In this document: piece by piece, positions 36,251 to 49,546 of the stretch
How the letters are laid out: every line of letters begins with the position of its first letter
Numbering within the stretch: position 1 is the stretch's first letter
NCBI RefSeq assembly: GCF_000143415.4
Contig: NW_003314343.1
Span: forward strand, 620,813 to 684,812
DNA length: 64,000 nucleotides
Direction: 5' to 3'
DNA from: Selaginella moellendorffii
Lineage: Eukaryota; Plantae; Lycopodiophyta
Notes under the pieces: model-generated
Databases searched by the model: none
What the model was told of the DNA's origin: nothing
What the model saw: only the letters and a program-made list of their open reading frames with translations
Program-made: the position numbers and the translations under genes

Positions 36251-37048
36251 AAGTTTTAAAATTGTTTAAAGTTTGCACAAATGTGAAGTACAAAAATACC
36301 CTTTATATTATGTTTATAGCTAAAAAATGATAAGAAATTATAAAAAGTTTTAAAACTTCAAGTTGGTGTAGTGTATATGTGTCAATTATAACTACATTTG
36401 CTATAATGCCCACAGCAAAATTCTCATTTCTCTTTCTTGAGATCTTCATTACAAACTTACTTTGTTTGTGGGTGTCCTGGAAGTTTATGAAATTTTTGTG
36501 GCAACATACCATCCACTTCCAAATGTTTAATGTCAATAGGATAAAGTACACTTGCATGTGTTTTGTGATAAGAATCAAGTAAGTAACATATATTAGCATA
36601 GAGTTAAACAATGGTAGTAGTTGTGTGAGCATGAGGTAATCCAATTTTTTGTCATCCAAAGCAGAAGCAAAACTATGTTAGTATGTTCACCACACAAGTA
36701 TGCTCTTGTGTCTATATTTCAAATATAGTAAGATCCAAAGGTATGAGAAACTATATGAAATTACATCATAAAGAGGTTTCCTTATAGCTCAATTATTTCT
36801 TTGGATTGATGCTCAAGTAAGGGCTTATGAATTGGGTAGCCAAGGTCAAGTCTAAGTCTGGCCAAGGTGAGCAAAGGCTGTATGCATGTGTTTTCATTGT
36901 GCATAGGCTTCACTCAGTTATTAAGGGCTTTGGCTAGCTCTTGGCACTTGAAACATGACTTTTACAACCATGCTATCTTAGTTGATGTTAGTTGTGCATT
37001 ACCTTTACTCCATCTTTGGGTGCTAGGACATATATGCCTTGCATTACC

Positions 37049-38374
37049 TACTTAGTTGATCCTACCAGTAGTCATATACTTGTTTCAAAGATTAGGCCAT
37101 GAATGTGCAAGTATAAACTGCTTTATATTGTGAAATTGTGAATTGGCTTATTAAATCAATAATAGTTTATTTGATAATACCTTACCACTTAGATAACTAT
37201 AGTAATTCTATAACTAATATGTGTAAAGAGTCCTGACCTTTAGAAGGGATGCACTTACTAGATTCAAGACCAATACAGGCTCACCTATATTCTCAATGGT
37301 CCATGATAACTTGTTGAATTATATAGCCCTTGTGCCAGTGATACTTAAATTAAATTTCTACCCTATCAACTTTCGATAGTAGGATAAAGGCCTACCATAG
37401 TAGTGATGGGTAACGGGGAATTAGGGTTTGATTTTGAGACACAGCTACCACATCCAGAAAGGCAGCAGACGCACAAATTATCCAATCCTAACATTGGGAG
37501 GTAGTGACAATAAATAATAATACCAGGCTTTCAAATTGGAATGAGTACAATATAAATTTCTTAAGTAAGATTCATTGGAGGGCAAGTCTAGTGCCAATAG
37601 CTATAGTAATGCTAACTCTATTAACATGTTGTTACAATTAAAAAGTTCATTTGGATCTTAGGACAAGATGAATGGTTTGCCCTTAGGGGCACTTGTCACC
37701 CCATCCTATGAGTCAATGATGCTAATTTGATAGGTGTGGAGTCAGTAATGTTACTTTGAAAAAATTAGAGTGCTTAAAGGAAACTTATACTCTAAATACA
37801 TTAGCATGGAATAATGTAATAGGACTTTGGTCCTGTTGTGTTAGTCTCCAAGATAGAAGTAATGATTAATAGGGACAATTTGGGGCATTTGTACTCCATT
37901 GTTAGAGATGAAATTCTTAAGCATTTGCTGAGGATGTTTTTATTAATCAAAAATGAAAGTTGGGAGCTCAAATATGATTAGATACCATTTTAGTCTTAAC
38001 CATAAATGATGATAATTAGGGATTGGTAAATGTTATTTGGATGACATTGCCATCACCTCATGAGAAATCAAAGTCTTTGGGTTCCAAAAGGAGTATGGTT
38101 GCAAGGCTAAAACTTAAAGGAATTGATGGAAGGGCATTACTTGGAGTGAAGCCTATGGTTTAATTTGACTCAAGATGAAGAAACTTACTAAGTCTAGACA
38201 TAATAAGAATTGATAGATTGAGAGCTCTTTTATCGATTCTATGGTAGTTTCTTAGTTGGTGAAGTGATTTGTTTGGTAATTTTATTAACAAACGAGACCT
38301 CAACCTAGTAGCTAGCTGTGATGCCCTTAGATGTTTTGGGTTGCATATACACTATATTGATGAACTTAACAAGT
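37049..38374 (+). pseudogene. 18S rRNA: Degenerate, 3'-truncated 18S rRNA pseudogene (orphon)
   Basis: tacttagttgatcctaccagtagtcatatacttgtttcaaagatta corresponds to the 18S 5' end TACCTGGTTGATCCTGCCAGTAGTCATATGCTTGTCTCAAAGATTA; later conserved blocks aaacttaaaggaattga and ctgtgatgcccttagatg; internal deletions. Confidence 0.93.
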
Positions 38375-39007
38375 GTATGCTTATGTTAATGTTAAGACCT
38401 TGACATTAATATTGTTAAAATTGAGATTAGAGTGAAATGAGATATTTCTTCATAAGCATATTGCAAAAGATAAATTTCCCATCTATGATGGTTCAGATAG
38501 TTAGTGATTAGTTAAGCCTCATTGGAGATTGATAATTTTCTTCATGAGTTTTGACAAAGATAGTGCTGGTGATTTGGTTGTAACTTTATGTTGTTAATAT
38601 TTATGCATTTATTAGTTAGCAATTATAATAGCATTCAATAAGCTGAGTGGTAAGTTGGGTTAGCTTTATTGTAGACGAGATTTTTTAGTAGGGCTTGAAC
38701 TTTGGTTTTTCTTTGAAAAGTGATTTAGTTAGCTAGTTTTGCAAAATGAAGAATTAGTGATTAATACTAGACTTGTTAGATCCTTATTACTTTGAGTTTG
38801 AGATTATCGATTATTAATGATTCTTATTACACTTGTTATGAAGTGTGTTACATGTTAAAATTTATAAAAGACAATTTAATGATCACTTGTTAAGCATGAC
38901 TCTTAAATTAATATAGATATACTCTTTATTTTTGTATTATGAAGTTTTGGCTTGTGAATTTGTTAAAGTGAAAATTACAGATTTTATCATGATTTCTTCT
39001 TGAATAT

Positions 39008-39784
39008 TGTAGTGCACCTTATCTCTCTCCCCTTAAGCCAATTAAAAAAGGGGCAATTATTTGATGAAAGAGCCTTTAGTAGCTATTTTATCCTTATTTA
39101 TCCCCCAAATTACATTTATCCATAATTTGTGCTAAAGTTGTCCAAGACTTTATTATTTGGCTACTTTGCCCATATGCTACACTCACCCCCCCTTTAGAGA
39201 TGTCCATTGACTATTAATTAACAACCCCTTATTGAGCCAAGGGGAATTAACACCTCCATTTTTTTGGTAACTAGTCATCCACTTGTACCACACACTCACC
39301 CCCCTTTAGAGATGTCCATTGATTATTAACTAATAACCCCTTATTGAGCCAAGGGGAATCAACACCTTCATTTTTTTGGTAACTAGTCATTCACTCGTAC
39401 CGCAGTCCTACAGTATATGCCTTCGTCCATGGATGCTTCACCAAGAGGAAGGACATACGCATCCATGGATGCTTCACCAAAAGGAAGGACATATGCATGG
39501 ACACCTAATACATACGATTTCAAATTTATGGATAGGAATATACTTTACTCAAGGGTATATTATATTTTTAAGTAGCTACTAATTAATGGAAATCGAACCC
39601 ATATCATTTGCTCCGATACCACATATAGCGCACTTTATCTCTCTCCACTTAAGCCAATTGGAAAAGGGGCAATTGTTTTATGAGAAAGCCCTTAGTGGTT
39701 ATTTTATCCCTATTTATCCTCTAAGGTTCTAAGGATCTACGATGATAGTATATCCAAATCTCATTCTATGATCACATGCGCTAT
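39008..39784 (-). mobile_element. TRIM-like mini LTR element (same family as 14025-14840)
   Basis: LTR-like ends 39784-39624 and 39181-39008; PBS TGGTATCGGAGC at 39621-39610; PPT at ~39195-39182; internal partial duplication; no ORF. Confidence 0.75.
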
Positions 39785-40514
39785 AAATATGAAGTTAGTC
39801 AATATGAAACTTATGATTATTATTATATAGAACTTAATTTTAAACTTTTTTGAGCTTTTGGTTCTTGATCATCTGGGATAGTTGATTATCCTTATTAAAA
39901 ATTATACTTAATTATTATTGCTAATAATGATATGCCATTCTATTCTATTTAGCAGCAATTATCAATACTAAGAGTGGTTGACTCTGTTGGTCATTTCCAT
40001 GTCAATGATGGCCAGATGGCATTTTAACATTAGTTCATTCTACATAGATAAAGAAGTAGTCCCATAACTTATTTAAGTTAATGCATTTTTCATAAAATAT
40101 GAATACCATGAACTTTTTCTAGAGTTATTTCTTTGGCCAATGGTCTCAAGTGTGCATCAATAAGGATGTCAATCTTTTTAAAGGGGGGAGAGCATATCAT
40201 AAATATTATCAAAAGTTATCTGTTAACAAGTCCTTTTGAATACTTTTTTTTTTACTGTCATAATGGCAGAAAGTTAGTATTGTTAGACTTTTAATCAATC
40301 TCCATCCAAGCTAATTAAGAAACTAATCAATATATATGCACTTAGACCAAAAAAGCACTAAAGAAAGAAATATTAAGTTATAATTTAGTCTAACATACTT
40401 GACACAATGTTGTTAGTTTGCACTTGTTAGTGTTAAGAACCCTTATAATATTGAGCTTAATATATTCAATAAGTGATAGATTATCAGATATTGTGGCGAG
40501 ACAACAGAATATTC

Positions 40515-42675
40515 TCAATCACAACTAAAAAAAGTTAGAATGCCTTTGGAAGTGACTGGAAAGGGAGGTCTGTTACACCAACAAGATACATGATCTGTTG
40601 CAGCTACCCAGTCTCTCCAGGTGGGTTCGTCCTTTATGACAAAGTGAACCTACAATTTTGAACACAGAATAACAAAGGCATGTCTAATCCAGGGCATCTT
40701 ACCTCAATGGACGCTTTAGCAGTTTTGAGTGCCTTTTGTACACTTTCTACAGCAATCCTTGCCACTTTATTCAGAGGAAACCTGAAACACAATGCAAACT
40801 CAGTATACAAGAGGTAAGGTGTGAGTACAAACCCGCCATATCCGCACAAGATAGCTGGGAACGCTATGTGCTTAACGCCCTCCTTGCAAGCAAGTGTTAT
40901 AGCGTTCCTGTAATAGATAAAGCACAATGTATCAAATTTGCTACACACTCTGGCATACCTGTAAGTGAGACCAAGATACTCAGCAGCTTCCATGTCCCTG
41001 TCTTTGTAGTATTTTGGGCCTTGAATAACAATGATTTTAGGTGCTGGCAGTCCTCCTGAAGGGCTGAGAAACAAGTCCGTTAAAAGTTTTGAAAGGAAAT
41101 GAGGAAAGACAGGTACATGATATCCAAGCCAGGAAAGAAACCAGTAGCAAACCACGAACCAGTAGCAATACATATTTCTGAAAAGAGAAAATCTCATGTC
41201 AAATGCCAAACACCCTTTGCTTTACCTCTGTGTATCTGACCTCCAACAGGAACTACAATAGCGTCATTCTTTCCGTCTACAAACCACTCTTTTATGTCCC
41301 CGTTTTTAATCACGAACTTGCAAGAGCCGACTTTACAAACAAGCTTGAGGTCCTTTTCCTGATCAAAAGCCACTAAATCTCAAACCACAAACTCGGATAA
41401 ACAAACAAAACGAGAGGTAGATTTGAACCTTGAGGTTCATCACTCTTATGCAGGGGTCCCTGGGAGGTCCGGGCTTGCAAGAGGTAAAGGGTTCGGGTAC
41501 TTGAGGGTTCCCATTGACTGAAAACAGAAATAAGGTTATATAGCTATAATTGATGTACTGTACGTACCTAGGGGAAGGAAACCATCGGGTCTAACATCAT
41601 ATAACTCCATCGCTTGTTCGTCTTCAGACTCATCCGGGTCTTCAGGCACATCTTCATCTTCAGACTCAGATTCGTCCGCAGGCTCGGGATTTAAATCGAC
41701 TGGGTTTTCCTCTATGTCCTCTGTGGCGCTGTGTAGCTGTCCACTCACCTCTTGAGTCACTCCATTGGCCACTTTCTGTCGTCCAACAGGAACTACTGCG
41801 AATGTCCTGCAATCATCAGATCCTACATCGGCAATCTGGCGGCAAGCTTCCTCGAGGCCCTGTACTAGTTCGCCCATTACAAGCTTGTTTGCAGATCAGA
41901 AGCATACAATACTCACAAGTGCGTCAATCCGAGTGGTGAAAACGCTTGTAAAATCGCTATCCATGTGATAATTTAGGTGTCTCGACGCAACGATTAGGTA
42001 AGTGTCTGCTGTAGTCAGCCGCTCCTGTACACACTTTCAGAACAAATTTTAACAAAAGAGTAAGTACCTTGTGGTAATAAAAAGGTAGAGTGCTACTTTG
42101 CGGGGGTCTAGCATTTTTGAGAAGGTAGAGAGAACTTGGACGGGTTAGCTTTTCGTCCTTCCCACTTCGGCACAGTATCACCAACGCAACGGCCTGGCCA
42201 AATACATACACATGTGCGTCTCCAAGCACCACCACCAAGGACCTGTTTTGCGCACACCAATCCTATAAAACCAAAGTAAACATTCACAGAAACAGCAATA
42301 ATTCATCTGACAAGAAGAGAGATTACCACATACCCGGCAATCTGATGATCCTACCAGAGCCCGCAGCTCTTCATTCATCCTGCAAAAGGACCACCGATAT
42401 TTTAAAAAAGTACAATACACATACTCTTACTTTGTGAATGCGAGCTCCAGAGCTCGTGGAGTACCGAATGCTGACAGCTCCAGAGATGCTCGAATGTGAT
42501 CCATGAGTCGAGATCGACGTAACTTGAGAAGTTCGAGATGTACAGAATAGAGGTGCACATCTCTTACGTCCGGATAAGCTGCATGGAAAATTAGCACAAC
42601 TCGCTCCTGCACTCTCCCTAGCTCTGGCAAGCACACGATACGTGCAGTCGCATCCTGGGGCGGCTCGACTATCAC
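40515..42675 (-). CDS. Multi-exon protein with an acidic region and a C-terminal degenerate macrodomain (MacroD/Appr-1-p-like)
   Basis: Spliced C-terminus FVIKNGDIKEWFVDGKNDAIVVPVGGQIHR...GGLPAPKIIVIQGPKY...YRNAITLACKEGVKHIAFPAILCGYGGFPLNKVARIAV...EVHFV; 5' exons and start uncertain. Confidence 0.7.
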
Positions 42676-42885
42676 TGCCTCAGCACAGCCCTAAGCCCTG
42701 TAGCCTTTTTACGTTAGAGTTATTTTTAGGGCGTCACGTGGTTAGCGTTTTCCAAATCACAAAAAATTGTTCAAGGCTCTTTCTAATCCAAAAAGGCATG
42801 AAGCCCAGCTGTAAAGGTGAGTTCACCTTTTTCTCGTTTCTCTATATAAACGGGCTTTCTGTATTAGGTTCTCTCGTGAAGGTTT

Positions 42886-43854
42886 ATGAAGACGTGGTCG
42901 AAGATTTTAGTGTTCGTGTTTGCGATCTTGGCTCTCTGCGCGTGCGTGTATGGGAAGTCAGTTCCTCAACTTCGGACTATCTACATGGGAGACTCAATCT
43001 TTGATGTTGGAACTAACAAGTACGTGAAGAACTCTGTTTCTCGTTGTGATTTTGTGCCGTATGGGAAGACAAGGTATAACAAGCCATCAGGAAGGTGTAG
43101 TGATGGGTTTATAATTCCAGATCTGATAAACAAAGTGATCGGTTTGCCCTTTTCAAAACCATTCTTGGCCTTGAAAGCTGGGAGCCAACTTCCACTAAGT
43201 ATCAACTTTGCGTCAGACGGTAGTGGACTACTTGATTCTACTCACTCAGACTGGGGTGTCGTCTCGTTTAATGAGCAGCTAAAACAACTTGGACAGCTAG
43301 TCAACAAGATCCCCATGATGAATCTCAATGACTTTGTGGTTGTGATATCATCGGGTGGCAATGACATTGCGGCAAATCTTCAAAACCTTGCTAATGTAGA
43401 CTTGGAGGCAATGCTAGTGTTATTGGAGAAAGGCTTGGAGCAACTTTATAAATATGGATTCAGGAAGATTGTCTATTCTAGCCTTGGGCCGTTAGGGTGT
43501 GTGCCTATTGTCACGTCGGATGGAAATTGTGTAAGAGAGATCAACGATTTAGTAGAACAATTCAATTGGCAAGCTCGGGAGATTGTTTTGGGGGTGGCAA
43601 GGAAATTCCCAGGGATGAGAGGTGCATTTGTTGATGGCTATTCACTGATCAAATCGTACGTGGAGAACCCAATTAAGTTTGGATTCCAGAATGGAGGGGG
43701 TTGTTGCCCCAATTGCCTATCACACAAAAATACCTTGAGCGGGCTGTGCAGGAATCCAAGTGATTATGTTTTCTGGGATTTAATTCACCCAACAGAGCAC
43801 ACGTACACACTAGTGACGAAAGAATTCATGAAACAAATCAAGAAAATCTTGTAA
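42886..43854 (+). CDS. GDSL/SGNH esterase-lipase, secreted, intronless
   Basis: Signal peptide; blocks GDSIFDVG, GRCSDG, INFAS, GGND, FWDLIHPT; TATA tatataaa at ~42843. Confidence 0.95.
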   Translation: MKTWSKILVFVFAILALCACVYGKSVPQLRTIYMGDSIFDVGTNKYVKNSVSRCDFVPYGKTRYNKPSGRCSDGFIIPDLINKVIGLPFSKPFLALKAGSQLPLSINFASDGSGLLDSTHSDWGVVSFNEQLKQLGQLVNKIPMMNLNDFVVVISSGGNDIAANLQNLANVDLEAMLVLLEKGLEQLYKYGFRKIVYSSLGPLGCVPIVTSDGNCVREINDLVEQFNWQAREIVLGVARKFPGMRGAFVDGYSLIKSYVENPIKFGFQNGGGCCPNCLSHKNTLSGLCRNPSDYVFWDLIHPTEHTYTLVTKEFMKQIKKIL

Positions 43855-44457
43855 ATTCACAGAGCATGCTCATTCACAGAGCTTGCAACCAGGCAGAAGA
43901 AAGCTGCCGAATGGAAGCAACGTATCCACCCTTCGTCTGTTCTTCATTGCGAGCTGGCAATTGTGAGGCATCAGCAGTTTCTTTCTACTTCGACATGGAG
44001 CAACATGCCCCTCCAGCTATGACCAGCTCTAGGCCTTGCTTTACCACAGTTGCTCCCACCAGCGAGGCCATATTTTTCTTTCGACGGTGACGAAGGTGAT
44101 GGATTTGATATTCATCACGACTACAGCAGCTTTCAAGTGGGACATTCAGCACTCAGGCAAGACCTTATCACATCCCCACACAACAGACTCACAGCAGCAG
44201 TGTGATCTCTTCAGCTGCAAGCATGCCAGATAGTTTTCATCAGCATCACCGCTTCCTACAACCGCTCAGAACGCCTTCTACTCTTCCACAATCCCTCTGC
44301 TTGATGATAATATGATGGACCAGAAGGAAAGTTTCAGCTGACAACCCAATGGCTATTTATTCTGAAAGGTTTTTCGTCTCAAAGAAGATGTGCAAGTGCT
44401 TCTCTACTTAAGGAAATTGATTGGCTAGTTCTGTTAATAGTTCATATAATAAAAAAA

Positions 44458-46417
44458 TGTCTTACATGGTCTCCCAATCCATGAGAATTTTTGAGTCAAC
44501 CAGTGTCAACGAAAGGATGCTTCATGAGTTGACCAGCAAGAGGAATTTGGAGGAGGCCAAGGCTTACCTTCAAAACCGAAATGTTTCTGATGCAATCTTT
44601 ATATTTCATGGAATTCCTGTCAGGGATTTGATCACTTGGAACGTAATGCTATCAGCATATGCTCATGAAGGGCATATTCAAGATTGTTTTAAGGTATTTC
44701 AAGAGATGCCTGAGAGGGATCAGGTCAGCTGGAATTCGGTGCTGGGAGCAGTTTGCTCTACCCCATAACATATCAACTTAGCGCTACAAATTTTCCATCT
44801 CATCCCCAAGAGAACGCTCAGCTCCTACAAGACACTACTCCACTGTCTATGTGAAGCTGGTCTCGTTGTCAATGCAAGAGAGCTGTTTGATCGAATGCCC
44901 GAGAGAGATCTCCTCACTTGGAACACGATGATTGCCACAAATTCTGGAGATGGATCGATCGATCAAGCACAAAGAGTCTTTGATGAGATGAAAGAGAGAA
45001 GCTTGGTGTCATTTACGTGTGCCATCAATCTCTACTCGCAAGCCGGAAATATGGACATGGCCAAGAACATTTTTTTTTGCGATATGCCATGCTGGGATCT
45101 AATCTCTTCCAGCGCAATGCTAACAGCGTTATCTCGTCATGGGGATTTGATCAAAACCGAGTTTTTGCTCGAAAAAATCCCGAAGCTTGAAATGGCGCTC
45201 TTGACGACAATGATCGGATTATACGCGCAAAGTGGGCAGATAGAGAAATCCAAAACACTATTTATTTGCCCTTCCTTTTCAGACAAGGATGAAATTTTCT
45301 GGAATTCAATGCTTACAGAAATTGCCGTGAATGGGCAATTGTAGCAAGCAGAGAGTTTCTTCCAGGTTATACCCAACAAGGGTGTTGTGACATAGACATC
45401 AATAATGATGTGTTATGCCATGCACGGATACGTGGATAGGGCGAAAGAGATATTTGGTTTGATGCCCGAGCACGATGCTATTGCTACAAACACGATGCTC
45501 GCTGCAATTACTCTAACTGGGGATATTCCAAAATGCCTGGAGTTCTTTCACGCGATCCCGGCAAGGAGCTCCACCTCATGGAGCACTATGATTGCTGCGC
45601 TTGCTAGGGCGGACGATACTCTCGATCGCACCAGGGATCTCTTTGACAGGATGCCAGTAGCCTTCAAGCGACCGTGGAGTGGGATGATGGGCGCTTGCTG
45701 CCGCAAGGGCGATTGGCGAGGCGTGATCGATCTCTTCTCGGAGATGAGCACGCTCGAATCGCCCGACGAGCTGTGCTTCGTGGCGCTCTTGATCGCTTGC
45801 AGCCAGCAAGGGGGACTGAGTGATGGGGAGGGCGAAATTCGCGTCGATGGGCAGGGATTTTGGAATGGCAGCCACGAAGCAGCACTATAGCTGCTTGATC
45901 GATGCTTATGGAGATTCAAGTGCCTAGTCGCAGAGAAGTGGGAGCCTGGCAGTTCACAGCCAAGACCACATGCTAGAGGCAAGATTGAGACCATAACAAG
46001 GAGCAAAGAGTGTGCAAGTAAGTTCAAGACCAAGAACCAAGTTTTGGGTAGTTGATTGATGAGTTTTTCATATGCTTTTTCTCATCAGCTCTCCATGCTC
46101 ATCATCTCAGACTAACTAGGCACGATTCAGGCTTAGATTCAGACTTGGATTAGCCGCCTGAAGAGGTAAAGATGATGTCGCAGTAGTTATGCCCACGTGG
46201 CAATAGCTTTATGTATATGTACACAATCATATACAGATACAGTTCTTCCTCCTCGTGTGCGCGCCTCTCCGCTTCCGCTTCCTACTAACAGATCCTGCAT
46301 CAAATTCAAGGATTTCGGCATGGCGATCGACGCGGCACGGCAGATCCTCCGCTTAGATCCACGAAATCCCAGAGCCTATGTGTTTTTGGCCAGCATTTGT
46401 AGTAGTCAAGAGCCCTA
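44458..46417 (+). pseudogene. PLS-class PPR pseudogene; E-domain tail (46300-46417) separated by a ~380-bp insert
   Basis: MPERDxxSWN-type repeats broken by stops at ~44766, ~45342, ~45393 and ~45888; tail AARQILRLDPRNPRAYVFLAS. Confidence 0.85.
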
Positions 46418-46440
46418 GCTCTGGGTTCTTGAGAGAATGA

Positions 46441-48319
46441 ATGAGATACTGCAATGCGGGCAGGGCGCGCGGGATCGCGAGGATTTCCAGGTATTTTGGC
46501 GAGCCAAGCGATGGCGCTGGCCCGGCGGCAGAGTTTCTTGCGGCATTGAGGGCTTGCGGCGTCTTGAAAGATCTGGAACTCGGCAAGATCATCGCGGGCA
46601 AGGTCGGCAAGATAGACAAGTATGCCCAGACAGCGATCATCGATATGTATTCCAGGTGTGGAGAGATTGGAGAAGCTCGGAAGTTCTTTGACAGTCACAT
46701 CCAGTTCCGCGATGCTGCTCCCTGGAACGCGATGATCCTGGGATATGTGAGGAACGATCGGAGCTCTCTGGCGCTGGAACACTTTGCCAGGATGAGAGGA
46801 TCGGCTTGCGAGCCAGATGGTCGATCGTTTGTGGCTGGATTGGCGGCTTGTTCTAGCCTGGCAACGAAAGAACAGGGAGAGCTCATCGATGGAAAGCTCG
46901 TGAAACTGGAGAGTTTGGCGAGAGGGATGGCTCTTTACTCTGACGCTGCGAAGAAGGATTGTCACACAGAGATCTTCGTCGCGAACTCCATGCTGGATTT
47001 GTGTGGGAAATGCGGGAGCTTGGTGGATGCTCGCAAGATTTTCGACAACATGGACTGCCACGACGTGGTCTCGTGGACGTCGCTGATCCTGGTCTACGCG
47101 GAGAACTGTGAAGAAGAAATCGCTCTCGAGTTGATCGAGCTTATGGAGTGCAGTGGCTGCTCTCCAAACTCTCGGACGTTCGTGGCCGGATTGATGGCTT
47201 GCTCGAGTTTGGCAGTGAAAGATCATGGCAGGCTTCTCAAAGTGAGGTGCCTGGAGAAAGGCAGGGATTTGCACCGTCGAGCAGTGGAAAGTGGCTGCGG
47301 GGGTGATGTTTTCGTGGCCAGCGCTCTCATCGACATGTACTCGAGGTGTGGAAGCTTGGTGGACGCCGAGAACGCCTTCGCAACTATCACACCTTCTCGC
47401 GATGGGGTTCCGTGGAACGCACTGATCCACGGGTGTGTTCTCAACGGCAAGAGCGAGCTGGCTCTGGAGAAGTTCCAGCGGATGAAAGCCACTGGCTGCG
47501 CTCCAAACGATCGAACTTACATTGCCGTGCTCGTGGCTTGCTCGAGCTTGGCCACTGCTTCCAAGGAAGAAGAAGATGGACGAGGTTTTTCCAAAGCGAG
47601 ATGCTTGGAGAAAGGACTGGCAATCCATGCCGAAGCTGCGAAGTCCCAGCTCGATTCAGACGCCTACGTCGCGAGCGCTCTGGTGGAGATGTACGCCAGG
47701 AGTGGAAGCATGGAGGACGCTCTTGCCGTTTTCCGGAAGATGGTGCCATGCCCGTCGGTGACAGCTTGGAACTCGATGATCTTGGGATATGTAGCAAGCG
47801 GGGAGAGCGATGTAGCTCTCAAGTTCTTCGCCAGCATGGACGAGCGGCCGGATTCACAGAGTGTGTGTCGAGCTTAGCCGCGAGAGAAGAAGGGGACGAT
47901 CATCGGAGAAGGAAGAGTTTCTGGCTCCAGAGAGGGATTGATCTTCACGATCGAGCAGCCGAGCAGGGGTGTGATTCCGACGTCTACGTCGCATGCACGC
48001 TGGTGGATATATACTCCAAGTGTGGTAGCATGGATCGAGCTCGCAGAGTCTTTGACGGGAAGTGAGATCCAGCGAGCGTGAGCGTGGTGGCCTTGAACGC
48101 GCTGCTGCTGGGCTATGCCGAGAATGGAGAACCCGAGCTGGCTCTGGAGATCTTCGAGCGCTACGAAGAAACGTCCCAAGTTAAAGAGAGAACATGTGGC
48201 GTGCTCGAGCATGGTGAAATCGATAGGAGTTCCCGAGCGGCGAAATCTTCTCGAGAGAGGGAGGAGGATCCACTCAAGAGCCAGGAGGAAGTTCTTCGAT
48301 GACAACGTCTTCGTCGCCT
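46441..48319 (+). pseudogene. PLS-class PPR gene, frameshifted near 47870 and truncated by the duplicated segment
   Basis: Repeats of DVFVASALIDMYSRCGSLVDA...WNALI.GY; PPR similarity stops at the 48320 breakpoint. Confidence 0.85.
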
Positions 48320-49546
48320 GTGAGGGAGATTTTCTAGTTGTACACCAGGAGCTCACTCTTGACATGAACATACCCAAAACTTGGATGTTTCAGCCTCCAG
48401 TATACAAAAGATCATACCCACCAAATATACATGATGTGATCCAATATTTAGTGCAGAGTACTCATCTCGGATTTCAAAAAGGTGGTAGTGAATAGCCTTG
48501 GGTGAGAGCCAAAAGAGTGAAACATAGTGAACACTATGATATGAGCTATTGCCTCTACAAGATTTTTCTGGCTACAAAAATGCATCACAGAAGGGGCCAA
48601 CTAGAGCAATGAGTGGCACAAAAGAAAGAGGTGGAAGGCAGCTATCAAGAAAGATTGCAGATAAAGCTTTATAAACTTTGAAATTGAGAATTACACGTAG
48701 CCCAAAGTCCACTTAAGCCAAGGATGTGCAAAATCAAAGCAGACATAGGGCAACAAAACTGCCCAAAGTACATTTTCTTAAGAACTTGAAAAACATTGCA
48801 GTTTGGATGCTATCGGCCTTGAGGACGAGTAAAAATTTCTGCTTCTTGCCAGTGAACAGATGGGACCCAAAGTCCATGTATGTTTGTGGATCCATAGCCA
48901 AGCTTGAGCATGGATCCCTTCTTTAGAACCATTATTCTTTCCAGAGATTTCTTTCCGTGCTGCTACTCAATCTCTGTGCAAGAGCTGCAAGGTAGCCATG
49001 AAATTTGACTCTTCATCTGGCTTGCCATTCTAGAATTAACGAATTCCAAGACACACTCACCATGGAAAAGAGCTCTCATTGGTGGACTTCCCCGCCCTAA
49101 GGATTGCAAGAAGACGAGGTTTTGCATGTGGATGCCAAGGAGTGCCAGCGACAATGCCTGGAGAACCTCGTTTGTGTATAATTTAGAATTAATATTAAAG
49201 AATATTTTAAAATATGCTTGAATATTCTCCATATCTAAGGGTTTAAAATTTAATGAGGGTATTTTTATCACAAATACTATATTTTAAAAAAAAATTCATT
49301 TTGAGGATTATGGAGATAATGGAGTAATTCAGAGAAAATAAATATCAAGCTGCTATTAACATAAAAAAAGGTAAATTTGAATAACAGTGGCCTATGGAAC
49401 TTAATATCATAAATTAATGAAGGATCAATGGAATAGGTGTTTCGATTAGTTAAATAATTTGTTATGTGTTACAACACTTGATTTTCTTAATAGTAGTGTT
49501 ATTTCTATTTAATGTTATTTATTAAACCATGTTATTAAAATAATAA
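48320..49546. repeat. Segmental duplicate of 21683-22890 + 27963-28060 (lacks the gypsy insertion)
   Basis: Colinear identity; continues uninterrupted across the position where the other copy holds the LTR element. Confidence 0.9.

Noticed and set aside
37049-38374. Functional 18S rRNA gene
   Set aside because: Truncated, internally deleted, heavily mutated, and no ITS/5.8S/25S follows
46306-47628. Long antisense ORFs over PPR and F-box genes (also 49860-50882)
   Set aside because: Shadow frames of GC-rich coding sequence
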